A stretch of DNA of 64,000 nucleotides from the human T2T-CHM13v2.0 reference genome, Homo sapiens (GCF_009914755.1 NC_060936.1), one strand, 5' to 3'; positions 28,355 to 41,964 are shown, counted from the first letter of the stretch. The notes: generated by a model from the letters alone, not told the origin. Numbers and translations: made by a program.

Positions 28355-31300
28355 AATTTCCATCTTGATTTCATTGTTAACCTAAAAATCATTCAAGGGC
28401 ACATTATATAATTTTCATGTGTTTGTGTACTATTGAGGGTTGTTTTTGGAGTTGATTTCCAGTTTTATTCCACTGTGGTCTGAGATACTTGATATAATTT
28501 TGATTTTCTTAAATTTATTGAGACTGATTTTGTGGCCTATTATATGATCTATCTTGGAGAATGTTCCATGTGCTGATAAGAATGTGTATTCTGCAGTTGT
28601 TGGAAAGAATGTTTTGTAAATATCTATCAAGTCTATTTGTTGTAGAGTACACTTCAAGTCCATTGCTTCTTTGTTGACTTCCTGTTTTGATTATCTGTCT
28701 AGTGCTGTCAGTGGAGTATTGAAGGTATCCACTACTATTGTGTCACTGTCTACCTCATCTCTTAGGTATAGTAGTAATCATTTTATAAATCTGGGAGCTC
28801 CAGTGTTAGATGTAAATAAATTTAGGATTGTAATATCTTCTTGTTGGACTAATCCTTATATCATTATACAATGTCTTTCTTTATCTTTTTTTAAACTGTT
28901 GTTGCTTTAAAGTCTGTTTTGTCTTAGAATAGCTACTTCTGTTTGCTTTTCCATTTGCATGGAATATAGTTACAAAACTTATCAAAACCTCTGGGATACA
29001 GAAAAAGCAGTGCTAAGAGGAAAGTTCATAGCATTAAATGCCGACATCAAAAAGTATGAAAGAGCACAAATTGACAACATAATGTCACACCTCAAGAAAC
29101 TAGAAAAGGAAGAACAAACTAAACTCAAACCCAACAGAAGAAAAGAAATAACAGAGATCAGAATAGAACTAAGCAAAATTGAAATTAAAAAATACAAAAG
29201 ATAAATGAAACAAAAAGCTGGTTCTTTGGAAAAGACAAACAAAATTTATAGACCATTCATGAGATTAACAAAGAAAAGAAGAGAGAAGATCCAAATAAGC
29301 TCAATTAGAAACAAAACTGGAGATATTACAACTGACACCACAGAAATACAACAGATCATTTGAGGCTACTAGTAACACCTTTACATGAACAAACTAAAAC
29401 ATCTAGAGGAAATGGATAAATTTCTGGAAACATACAACCCTCCTAGATTAAAACAGGAAGAATTATCATCCCTGAACAGACTAATAACAAACAGCAAGAT
29501 TGAATCAGTAATAATAATAATAATAATAAAGTAAACAAAAAAAGCTTAGGACCAGATGTATTCACAGCTGAATTCTACCAGGCATTCAGGAAAAATTGGT
29601 ACCAGTCACACTGAAACTATTCCAAAATATAGAGACAGAGAGAATCCTCCCTAAATAATTCTACGAAGCCAGTATCACCTTAATAACAAAACCAGGAAAG
29701 GACATATGAAAAAGGAAAACTACAGACCAATATCCCTGATGAACATAGATGCAAAAATTCTCAACAAAATGCCAACTGAATCCAATAACACATCAAAAAG
29801 ATAATACATTATGATCAAATTGGTTTTATCCCAGGGATGCATGGATAGTTCAACTTAAGCAGGTCAATAAATGTGATACATCACAGAGATAGAATGAAAA
29901 ACAAAAGCTATATGATCATTTCATTAGATACAGAAAAAGCATTTGATGAAATCCAGCATCCCTTTGTGATAACCCTCAACAACATAGGCATAGAAGGAAC
30001 TTACCTCAAGTTAATAAAAGCCATATATGACGAACCCACAGCCAACATCATACTGAATGTAGAAAAGTTGAAAACATTCCCCCTAAGAACTGGTACAAGA
30101 CAAGGATGCTCATGTCCACCCCTTCTAATCAATACAGTTTTGGAAGTCCTAGCAAGAGCAATTAGATAAGAGAAAAAAATAAAAATTATCCACATGAAAA
30201 GGAATGAGATCATGTCCTTTGCAGGGACATGGATAAAGCTGGAAGCCATCATCCTCAGCAAACTTACACAGGAACAGAAAACCAAACACTGCATATTCTC
30301 ACTCATAAGTGGGAGTTGAACAGTGAGATTACATGGACACAGGGAGGGGAACAACACACACCTGGACCAGTCGGGGGGTGAGAAGTGAGGGGAGGGAGAG
30401 CATTAGGACAAACAGTTCATGCATTTGGGGCTTAAAACCTAGATTACAGGTCGATAGGTGCAGCAAACCACTGTGGCACATGTATGCCTGTGTAACAAAA
30501 CCACACATTCTGCACTATATCCTGAAACTTAAAGTAAAATTAAAAAAAAAGAAAGAAAGGAAGGGCAACCGAACTGGAAAAGAGGAAGTCAAACTGTCGC
30601 TGTTTGCCAGTGATGATTGTATACCTGAAAACTCTAAAGATTCATCCAAAAAGCTCCTTTTTTTTGATAAACTAATTCAGTAATGTTTCGGGTTATTAGA
30701 TCAATGTACAAAAAATGCTAGCATTGCTATACACCAACATTGACCAAGCTGAGAATGAAATTGAGAACTCAATCCCTTTTACAACAGCTGGAAAATAAAA
30801 TCAAATAAAATACCTAGGAATATATACTTAACCAAGGAAGGGAAGGATCTCTACAAAGAGAACTGTAAAACATTGCTGAAAGAAACCATGGATGACACAA
30901 ACAAATGGAAACACATCTCATGCTCATTAATGATAAGAATCAGTATTGTGAAAATGACCATATTGCCAAAAGCAATCTATAAATTCAAAGCAATTCCCAT
31001 CAAAATGCCACCATCATTCTTCACAGAACAAGAAAAAAATTCTAAAATTCATGTGGAACCAAAAAAGAACCTACATAGCTAAAGCAATACTAACCCAAAA
31101 TAAGAAATCTGGAGGCATTGCATTTCCCAACTTCAACTTATACTACAAGGCTATAATTACCAAAACAACATGGTACTGGTATAAAAATGGGCATGTAGAC
31201 CAATGGAACAGAATAGAGAGCCAAATACTTACAGTCAACAGACATTTGACAAAGCAAACAAAAACATAAATTGGGAAAAGGACACCCTACTCAACAAATG

Positions 31301-32517
31301 GTGCTGGGAAGACTGGCAAGCCAGATGTAGAAGTATGAAACTGGATCCCTATCTCTCACCTTATACAAAAATCAACTCAATATAGATCAAAGATTTAAAT
31401 ATAAGACTTGACACTATACAAATTCTAGAAGATAACATGGGAAAAAACTCTTCAGGACATTGGCTTAGGCAAAGAATTCATTAATATTAACCCAAAAGTA
31501 AATGCAACAAAACAAAAGTAAACTAATAGGACCTAATTAAACTAAAAAGCTAAAGAAATAATCAGCAGAGTAAACAGACAACCCACAAAGTGGGAGAAAA
31601 TATTCATAAACTATGCATCCAATAAATGACTAATATCCAGAATCTACAAGGAACTCAAAGAAATCTGTGAGCAAGAAAGAAATAATCCCATCAAAATTAG
31701 GCAAAGAACATGAATAGATATTTCTCAAAAGAAGATACACAAACAACCAACAAACATGAAAAAATGCTCAACATCATGAATCATCAGGGAAATGCAAATT
31801 AAAACCACAGTGAGATACCACCTTACTCTTGCAGGAATGGCCATTATCAAAACGTCAAAAAACAACAGATGTTGGTGTGGATGTAGTGAAAAGGGAACAC
31901 TTTTATACTGTTGGTGGGAATGTAAATTAACAACTACTATGGAAACAGTTTAGAGTTTTGTAAAGAACTAAAAGTAGAACTACCACTTGATCCAGCAATC
32001 CCAATACTGGGTATCTACCCAAAGGAAAAGAAATCATTATATGAAAAAGACACATGTATATGCATGTTTATAGCAGCGCAGTTCACAATTGCAAAGATAT
32101 GGACCAACTTAAGTGCCCATCAACCAATGAGTGGATAGAGAAAATGTGTATATATACTGCATGGAACACTACTCAGCTATTAAAAAGGAATGAAATAATG
32201 TCTTTTGCAATAAATTGGATGGAGCTAGAGGCCATTATTCTAAGTGAAGTAACTCAGGAGTGAAAATGCAAATATTGTATATTCTCACTTGTAAGCAGGA
32301 GTTAAGCTATGAGGATGCAAAAGCATAAGAATGATACAATGGGCTTTGGGGACTCAGACAGGAAGGCTGGGAGTGGGGTGAGGATAAGACACTACATATT
32401 GGGTACAGGGTACACTGCTTACATGACAGGTGCACTAAAATCTCCTAAATCACCACTAAACAGCTTATCTATGTAACTGAAAACCACCTGTACCCCCAAA
32501 ACTATTGAAATAAAAAA
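28355..32517 (+). mobile_element. L1PB3/4-type LINE-1 with a twin-priming 5' inversion (28355-28965 inverted), inserted into a MIR
   Basis: Minus-strand EN-domain peptide (28430-28663: DLIDIY..HGTFSKIDH..SDHSGIKLEI) abuts plus-strand continuation (TYQNLWDT..); L1PB 3' end 'aaaaccacctgtacccccaaaactattgaaataaaa'; MIR-like halves on both flanks. Confidence 0.9.
30195..30560 (+). mobile_element. Short 5'-truncated L1PA10/11-type 3' end nested in the L1PB ORF2
   Basis: 'gggagagcattaggacaaa...ggggcttaaaacctagat...gataggtgcagcaaacca...aacttaaagtaaaatt' plus polyA; host ORF2 resumes at 'ggaaaagaggaagtcaaactg'. Confidence 0.88.
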
Positions 32518-33247
32518 CACTTGCATTATAAAAAATATTGCCTTATTTAAGGGATGTTGTGATGAATTAGTAAGAAAATATATGTGAAATTATTATTTAA
32601 GGAATCTGGCCATAGTAAGTATTCAATAAAAGAGAGTCTCCAACCACCTTCCTTCCCTTCACTCTCTTTTCCATAAATTAACCAGAGATAAAAGTGGCAG
32701 AATTAGATTTCGATCCTGCAATAGTGCACCTGACGTGCTTCCTCACATTTCGTATTTATCTTTCAGATTGCTTGTTGTATGCACATTTTCTGTTAGTACA
32801 AATTGGAGGGACTATCATGACCTTCATTTGTTGACAGAGACATGAACAGGCAGAACACAGTGATGAATATCTCAATTCAGGCAGGAATTCAACGTTGCCT
32901 GTGGCATAGGCTGGCTCTGCCACCTGCATTGATGATAATCATTTATGGAAATTAACCCATCTTCAACCATTTGATGACTTCATTTGATAGTCATCAAAAC
33001 GGAAACAAGTGCTTGTTCATTGAAAATCACCTTCAAATGGGAAGGATGAAGGTCTAGCACAGTATATATGGTGTATCCACATTTATAACCATGCTAAATT
33101 TGCACTATTCTAACTCTGCCACTTGGAAAATGTTTTAAGATATTGTGTTGCATGAATGGGTTTGTGTATGTATTATTTGTTTATTGAATAAGAGCTGAAC
33201 AGAAGCTAATGGCTTTAACTAAATATATTGATTACCAAAAAAGGCAG

Positions 33248-33250
<3 letters not shown>

Positions 33251-33283
<33 letters not shown>

Positions 33284-33333
33284 CCTGGGTGTATATATAC
33301 ATGTATATGCATGTATACACACACACACACACA
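33251..33333. repeat. (GT)15 and inverted (AC)n microsatellite pair
   Basis: Direct reading of the sequence. Confidence 0.9.
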
Positions 33334-34489
33334 ACTTTTATTCTTCTTGTGACAACCTTAGTGTGCTAGGCAGATTCCTTTCAGTGATAAAATATGTAAA
33401 CTAGAATAAATGAGGCTTGTGTGTGTTGGGGAGGGAGATCTCATCTCTTATAACAAGTAATAGAAAACTCAAGATACTAAGTGACCCCAGAGACTTCATA
33501 AACTCAAATAATACCATCAGGTGTTTCTATCTCTTTCTTCTGCCTTCCATTCCTCCTTCTCTTTCTTAATTTCTTAGATATATTTCCTTCTAGGTGATCT
33601 CTTTATGCTTTAAAACAAACATATGGGCTTTCTTCATGTAGTTTTGTTGAAGACAAATGGAGGTACAGATAGCAGAAGACATGTGACAGCCAAGTTTAGC
33701 AGTCCCAGAGAAAATATAACATTTCCCTCTCAGCACCTACATAGACAATTCCACAGAAGGCTTCTGTTTGACTTGATATGATTCACGGGACTATTCCTGG
33801 TTCAGTCACTGGGAGCAGAAGAAAAGAATCGTTAATTACACAAATGATCCCCTGTCATGAAGGAGTCAAAGCCTGCAGTGAGGAAGGACAGTTTCTCCAA
33901 ATAAAGGTGTAGGCTATTACCAAAAGTAAGGACGAATATAAAAGCAAGCATCTATAATTACATCCCTCCCATTAGTTTCCCACTCTTCTTTCAATTCACA
34001 GAATTTCACAAATGACCTTTCCTTAGATTAGAAAAAATATACACACACACAAAAATCAATCCACTCTCCTCTCCACTGTAGCCACCGTAGCATACCCAGG
34101 ATGTCTTAGAGATAGAGTTTTCATGATTTAAGATCCAGATAGTCAGTATACTACAATCAATTTATCCACTCCTGATATCTGCAACAATTTGTGGTGAAAA
34201 AAGTACAGAATATCTTCAATAAATTGCTTGCTGTGCTATTGGACAGGCATATAAGGAAACAATTGCATTAATGCCAGTCTTCCTAGAGGTCATAGGTTTT
34301 GCCCCCTAGTAGGTTCTACTTTATCCATTGTCCTTTGTGTTTGGCCCTAAAAGGAATGTTGGAAGAGATTCCTCTGCTGAGGTCTGTCCAGTCTTAGCAT
34401 GCAATGCATATTTGAGTGTATTCTAGAGCCTGAGGATTGACTTAGAATTAAAGTGTGAAAGACTTCTAATTGCCAGAATGGATTTCTCT

Positions 34490-34746
34490 ATGACTTGCTT
34501 TGGCCAACTCAAAATAAGTGGATGTGACACGTGTCACTTATGAATGACGGTGCATAATTCCTCATTATCACTTCCTACTGCATTTTGAGATGAAGTCTTC
34601 ATTGCTGTGCACTATTGTTGGGAGCGCAGCTTTCTGGTGTTTCATGTTCTACTTGTATTGTTGTCAACAAATGAGCTTTTATTTAATAAACCTCTGATAT
34701 GTGGTAGATTTCTTATGACATAACATACAGTAGTCTAATCAATACA
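34490..34746 (+). mobile_element. MLT1-type MaLR LTR remnant
   Basis: 'ttgctttggccaa...aagtggatgtgacacgtgtcactt' and terminal '...ctaatcaataca'. Confidence 0.4.
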
Positions 34747-34789
34747 AAACTGCTGCTCTCAAAAAAGAAGGGGGCAGTGTTTAGATAAC

Positions 34790-35625
34790 AAACTAAAACA
34801 TATCCATAAAAAATAATTGATGAATTGGACTTCATTGAGCATTAAAACTTCTGCTCTTTAGTAGACATTGTTAGGAAAATTAAAAGACAAGCCACAGACA
34901 AGAAGAAAATATTTGCAATTCATGTATTTGATAAAGGGCTTGTATCCAAAATATATAGACAACACTTAAAACTCAGTTATAAAAACATAATCAACAAAGG
35001 GCTAGTTATTTGAACTTATATTTGATGAAGAAAGATATATCAATAGCAAGTAAGCACATAAAATGATACTCAGTATTTTATTCATTAGGAAAAATTCAAA
35101 TTTTACTTATAAGTATATATAACTAAGAGAAATAAAAGCAAATGTCCATTAAAAGACTTACACATGAATGTTCTTAGCAATTCTATAAACATTTTTTCAC
35201 CAGTAAGTGAATACATTAATTATAATATTTCTTTGCAATGGAATATCACTCAGCAATTAGGCAATTAGAAGGGAAGACTATTAATAACTGCAATAACATG
35301 CATGAATCTCAAAATAATTATGCCAAGTGAAAGGTGCCATACAAAGAAGTACTACATACTGTGTGATTCCATTTATCTAAAATTCTAAAAAGTATTATAA
35401 TGACATAAAATAGTGTTGTGGATGCTTGAGGATTGGAGTGGGGGCAAGCATAGATAAGAGAATGAGATTACAAAAAGGCATGAGAAGACAGTTGAATAAC
35501 ATATATGTTCATTATCTTGATTATGGTGATGCTTTTATGGATGTACACATATGTCAAAACATCAAATTGTCTACTTTAAACATGTGCTACTTTTTGTCAA
35601 TTACAATTCAATAAAGCTGTTAAAA
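34790..35625 (+). mobile_element. L1MD/L1ME-type 3' fragment
   Basis: 'attgatgaattggacttcat...aaagacaagccacagac...gaatctcaaaataattatgccaagtgaaa...tatcttgattatggtgatg...caataaagctgtt'. Confidence 0.75.
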
Positions 35626-35690
35626 TTTTCATGCAACTCTATACATTTTTGAGTGACTTTTACTGAATGTAAATTACACATCTGAAAAGT

Positions 35691-37671
35691 AGAACACAAA
35701 CCTTTTTACAATAGCTGCAAAAATTACAATAAAATACTTAAGAATATACCTAACCAAGCAGGTGAAAGACCTCTGTAAGGAAAACAACAAAACCCTGTTG
35801 AAAGCAACCACAGATGATACAAACAAATGGAAACATAGCCCAAGCTCATGAAGGGGTAGAATCAATACTGTGAAAATGATCATATTGCTGAAAGCAATCT
35901 ACAAATTCAATGCAATTGCCATCAAAATACTACCATTACTCTTCATAGAACTAGAAAAGCAATCCAAAAATTCATAGGAACCAAAAAAGAGCCTGCATAG
36001 CCAAACCAAGACTAAGCAAATAGAACAAATATGAAGGCATCACATTACCTGACTTCAAACTATAGCATAAGGCCATAATTACCCAAACAGCATGGTACTG
36101 GTAAAAAAATAGGCACATAGACCAATGGAGCAGAGTAGAGGATCCAGAAATAAAGCCAAATACTAAGGGTCAACTGATTTTTGCCAAAGCAAACAAAAAC
36201 ATAAAGTTGGGAGAGGACACCCTATTCAACAAATGGTGCTGGGATAATTGGCAAGCCACGTATAGAAGAATGAAACTGGATCCTCATCTCTCACCTTATA
36301 CAAAAAACAACTCAAGATGCATCAAAGTCTTAAGTCTAATACCTGAATTCTAAAATTTCTAAAATTCTAAACCACCATCTGGTTGGTGGTTTAAATGTTT
36401 ATGCATCATTTGGTATATATATGTAAATAGTTTTGGGATTTTTCTAACTAAAGGTAGAAAAATTGGCATGAAGAAGCATGAATGTTATAATGTGTTTCAA
36501 AATTCACCAGAGCTTTTAGAATTCTAAAAATTTTAGAAGACAACAGTGGAAAAACCCTTCTAGACATTGGCTTAGGCAAAGACTTTATGACCAAGAACCC
36601 AAAGCAAATGCAACAAAAACAAATAGATGGGACTTAAACTAAAAAGGTTCTTCACAGCAAAAGAAACAATCAGCAGAGTAAACAGACAACCCACAGAGTG
36701 GGAGAAAATCTTCACAACCTCTACCTCCAACAAAGACTAATATCTGGAATCTACAAGGAACTCAAACAAATTAATAAGAAAAAAAAATCGTCAAAAAGTG
36801 GCCTAAGGACTGAATACACAATTCTCAAAGGAAGATATACAAATGGCCAAAAAACATATGAAAACATGCTCAACATTGCTAATGATCGGGGGAATGAAAA
36901 TCAAAACCACAATGCAATACCACCTTACTCCTACAAGAATGACCATAATTAAAAAATCAAAAAATAACAGATGTTGGCAGGGATGTGGTGAAAAGGGAAC
37001 ACTTTTACATTGCTAGTGGGAATGCAGACTACTACAACCATTATGGAAAACAGGGCGTAGATTCCTTACAGAACTAAAAGTAGAACTACCATTTGATCCA
37101 GCAATCCCAATACTGAGTATCAACCCAGAGAAAAAGAAGTCATTATGTGAAAAAGATACTTGCACATGCATGTTCATAGTGCACAATTCTCAATTGAAAA
37201 AATATGCAACCAGCTCAAATGCTCATCAATCAAGGAGTGGAAACATATATACATATATATATATACACACATACACACACACACACACGTATATATGTAA
37301 TGTATATAGTAATGGAATACTACTAAGCCATAAAAAGGAACACACTCATGGCATTTACAGCAACCTGGATGAAATCGTAGACCTTTGTTCTAAGTGAAGT
37401 AATGCAGGAATGGAAAACCAAACATTGTATGTTCTCACTCATAAATAGGAGCTAAGCTATGAGGATGCAAAGGCATAATAATGATACAATGGACTTTGGG
37501 GACTCAGCGGAAAGTATAGGAGAGGGGTGAGCGATAAAAGACTACAAACTGGGTACACTGTATATTGCTCAGGTGATTGGTGCACCAAAATCTCAGAAAT
37601 CACCACTAAAGAACTTATTCATGTAACCAAACACCACCTGTTTCCCAAAAACCTACGGAAATAAGAAAAAA
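35691..37671 (+). mobile_element. 5'-truncated L1PB1/2-type LINE-1 carrying a non-L1 insertion at ~36348-36524
   Basis: ORF2 3' homology; 3' end 'caccactaaagaacttattcatgtaaccaaacaccacctgtttcccaaaaacctacggaaata'. Confidence 0.9.
36376..36516 (+). repeat. 141-bp direct copy of unique sequence 38290-38431
   Basis: catctggttggtggtttaaatg...aattcaccagagcttt; about 7 differences by manual comparison. Confidence 0.95.
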
Positions 37672-39921
37672 CACACATAGACCTGCCAGCCACACTTAAA
37701 TAAAAGTGCATTATTGAGATGATAAAAATAATTATATATAACTAATAAAATATACTTTAGCAAGAGAGAAAAAGGTGAGGTGGATGTCTTTTGCATTAAT
37801 CTAAACACTATATCCTTCTTCTTTTCTTTTGCTATTTTAAAGTTGATTGTTCAGTGACTATTTCCCATTACTTGACAGTTGGGCACTGAACCAATTGCTA
37901 CTGCTGGATTTGGTGAGCCATGTTGTTAGTCATACTGGATTTCTGCTAATAAAAATCCCTTCACCTATTCCTTAGAAACAAACATTGTCACTTAATTGTT
38001 AAAAAGTGGTTAGATTGAAACATGCACACACAAACACACACACACACACAAACTTTTTTTTTATCCTTGTTAAAATATGGCGTCAAAAGTGATCCGTAGT
38101 GAGATATGCAGGTGTCAAAAGTGATCAGTGGTGAGAAAAATCACTTCTGTACGTGCTTCTGTTTGCATAATTTGTAGAGGAGCAAAAGAGAAAAACTGCT
38201 TTTTTCTTCCTTCTCCAACTATTAAGATTTGAGTTTTAACTCAAAGTGAAGTTTATCATTATTGTGATGATTCTACCTGCCAAGGACTGCATCTGGTTGG
38301 TGGTTTAAATGTTTATGCATTATTTGGTATATATATGTAAAATAGTTTTGGGATTTTTCTAACTAAAGGTAGTGAAATTGGCATGAAGAAGCACGAATGT
38401 TATAATGTGTTTTGAAATTCACCAGAGCTTTGCCCTTCAGGTCACAGTGTAAGCCATAACTCTTCAATCAAATTTTCTCGATTGCTATGGAAATAGGAAT
38501 TAGACCAATTCTGAGTTTCTAATTTTTTTTTTCAGGTGTCTGTGTATTCAGGGAATAACCCAGTTTGAGCTGACTCAAATTTAAATTAGATTAATGGTCA
38601 AAGAAGTTATGGATTTATTTCCTACTCAAAACAAAATGCATTATTATTAACAATAATAATCACATTGTATCCAGCTCCAATATGAGGCTGCTCCAATGTG
38701 TAAAGGAGAATAAGCCACTTACCACATTAACAGTAGATTGTATAGAAGGAAAGCTGTTGAAGCATGGCACTAGTAAGGAGGGAGGATAGTGGAGCCAACA
38801 AAATATCCCTTTATCCTGGGTTGATAAAAAGATTTTGATTGGGCCATGACAATTAGCTTGAAAAAAATTTATATTCTAATTTTTAAACTGCTGTGAATAC
38901 AGGATTATTAATTTTATGATCCTTAATATGTTGCTATTATGCAAATTATAATACATTTAATGTAATTTTTATTTGTGGTTAGTTATGTCTTACTATTTTG
39001 TAAAGTGCACTTCAATAATAAGAAGCTGAATGCTCACTCACTCTGAACTATGCCTTCATCAGAATTCTTAAAAGGATTGTTTCAGAGTCAATGTAGAAAA
39101 AAAAAATCACAGTGAGGCAATTGGAAAGACTCCATAAAAGGACATCATATCATGTGCTTTAACCCCAATTAATCCTCTTCACTCTCTTCTACCATGTGTA
39201 ATTATGAAACTATTTCCTGACTTCCCCTGACTCTACAACGGTTTCAGTCCATGGACTTAATTGAATCTCTCCTTAACTCTAAAAGGTTAATGTCTGAGAT
39301 CTGCCTTAATGTATTTTCAAAAGTGAAGATTGTGGTCAATTGAGAATATATTTTCTTTATAAATTACTCCTATAGAGGGAATAGGAGAAGCTTGAAAACT
39401 TGCTTCCATTATTATTCTAACTGCATAGTATTACAGTATGTTTCAATTCTCCTAGGGGAGTGGTTTTAGCATCATATTTTTTTCAAATCAGCAAACAAAA
39501 AATCCTTACACCAACAAACAACAGTCTTCATTGTTCAAGGGAGTCTCTAATCTCAGTAAATGTTATAGCTAGCTAGAGCTCTATTGAAAAAACCCAGGGA
39601 ATTTATCTCTGAAAAATTTGGGATAAACAAACATCTTTTTTTGCATTTCTTTATTTTTTTTTGAGATGGAGTCTCATTTTATATATTTTTGTGAATTGCT
39701 TAGATTTTGTTTTGCTTTTTACCCATTTCTTGATTCATTCTCTACTCTTCTTACCCTGAATTTTTAAGAGTTCTTTCATCTTAGTTCTAGCAGCCCTTTA
39801 CCCATTTTATATGTTGCAATTATTTACTCCCAGTCTGTCATTTGCTTTGTTACTTTTCTTACGGTGGTATTTTTGCTATGCAAAAGTCATTATAAATGTA
39901 TATATATTTAACAAACTTTTC

Positions 39922-40949
39922 GGGGTGGAGCCAAGATGGCTGAATAGGAACAGCTCCAGTCTACAGCTCCCAGCGTGAGTGATGCAGAAGACAGGTGATT
40001 TCCGCATTTCCAACTGAGGTACTGGGTTCATCTCACTGGGGACTGCCGGACAGTGGTTGCAGGACAGTGGGTGCAGTGCACCGTGCATGAGCCAAAGCAG
40101 GGTGAGGCATCGCCTCACCCGGGAAGTGCAAGGGGTCAGGGAATTCCCTTTCCTAGTCAAAGAAAGGGGTGACAGATGGCACCTGGAAAATCGGGTCACT
40201 CCCACCCTAATACTGTGCTTTTCCAACAGGCTTAACAAATGGCACACCAGGACATTATATCCCGCACATGGCTTGGAGGGTCCTACACCCACGGAGCCTC
40301 CCTCATTGCTAGCACAGCAGTCTGAGATCAAACTGGAAGGTGGCAGTGAGGCTGGGGGAGGGGCACCCGCCATTGCCCAGTCTTGAATAGCTAAACAAAG
40401 CAGCCAGGAAGCTTGAACTGGGTGGAGCCCACCACAGCTCAAGGAGGCCTGCCAGCCTCTGTAGACGCCACCTCGGGGGGCAGGGCACAGACAAACAAAA
40501 AGCAGCAGTAACCTCTGCAGACTTAAATGTCCCTGTCTGACAGCTTTGAAGATAGTAGTGGTTCTCCCAGCATGCAGCTTGAGATCTGAGAATGGGCAGA
40601 CTGCCTCCTCAAAGTGGGGCCCTGAACCCTGAGTAGCCTAACTGGGAGGCATCCCCCAGTAGGGGTGGACTGACACCTCACACGGCTGGGTACTCTTCTG
40701 AGACAAAACTTCCTGAGGAACGATCAGGCAGCAGAATTTGCAGTTCACCAGTATCAACTGTTCTGCAGCCACCGCTGCTGATACCCAGACAAACAGGGTC
40801 TGGAGTGGACCTCTAGCAAACTCCAACAGACCTGCAGCTGAGGGTCCTGACTGGTAGAAGGAAAACTAACAAACAGAAAGGACACCCACACCAAAAACCC
40901 ATCTGTACGTCACCATCATCAAAGAACAAAGGTAGATAAAACCACAAAG
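39922..40949 (+). promoter_or_regulatory. L1 5'UTR internal (sense/antisense) promoter region with YY1 site
   Basis: YY1 motif caagatggc at 39932-39940; CpG-decayed GC-rich UTR. Confidence 0.75.
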
Positions 40950-41964
40950 ATGGGGAAAAAACAGAGCAGAAAAACCGGAAACTCTAAAAATCAGAGTGCC
41001 TCTCCTCCTCCAAAGGAATGCAGCTCCTCACCAGTAACGGAACAAAGCTGGACAGAGAATGACTTTGACAAGTTGAGAGAAGAAGGCTTCAGAAGATCAA
41101 ACTACTCCGAGCTAAAGGCGGAAGTTTGAACCAATGGCAAAGAAGTTAAAAACTTTGAAAAAAAATTAGGTTAATAGATAACTAGAATAACAAATGCAGA
41201 GAAGTCCTTAAAGGACCTGATGGAGCTGAAAACCATGGCATGAGAACTACGTGACGAGTGCACAAGCCTCAGTAACTGATGCGATCAACTGGAAGAAAGT
41301 ATCAGCGATGGAAGATGAAATGAATGAAATGAAGAATGAAGAGAAGTTTAGAGGAAAAAGAATAAAAAGAAACAAACAAAGCCTTCAAGAAATATGGGAC
41401 TATGTGAAAAGACCAAATCTATGTCTGATTGGTGTACCTGAAAGTGATGGGGAGAATGGAACCAAGTGGGAAAATAATCTGCTGGATATTATCCAGGAGA
41501 ACTTCCCCAATCTAGCAAGGCAGGCCAACATTCAAATTCAGGAAATACAGAGAGCGCCACAAAGATACTCCTCGAGAAGAGCAACTCCAAGACATATAAT
41601 TGTCAGATTCACCAAAGTTGAAATGAAGGAAAAAATGTTAAGGGCAGCCAGAGAGAAAGGTCGGGTTACCGACAAAGGGAAGCCCATCAGACTAACAGCG
41701 GATCTCTCTGCAGAAACTCTACAAACCAGAAGAGAGTGGGGGCCAATATTCAACATTCTTAAAGAAAAGAATTTTCAATCCAAAATTTCATATCCAGCCA
41801 AACTAAGCTTCATAAATGAAGGAGATATAAAATACTTTACAGACAAGCAAATGCTGAGAGATTTTGTCACCACCAGCCCTGCCCTAAAAGAGCTCCTGAA
41901 GGAAGCAGTAAACATGGAAAGGAACAACTGGTACCAGCCACTGCAAAAACATGCCAAATTGTAA
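40950..41964 (+). pseudogene. L1 ORF1p, disrupted
   Basis: ATG GGG AAA AAA CAG (MGKKQ) at 40950; premature stops and a frameshift in the 5' third; C-terminal part open (EIWDYVKRPN, REKG, YPAKLS). Confidence 0.92.

Noticed and set aside
39876-40494. 188-aa and overlapping ORFs in the L1 5'UTR
   Set aside because: GC-rich L1 UTR frames common to L1PA copies; not evidence of a host gene, and I could not verify an intact ORF0
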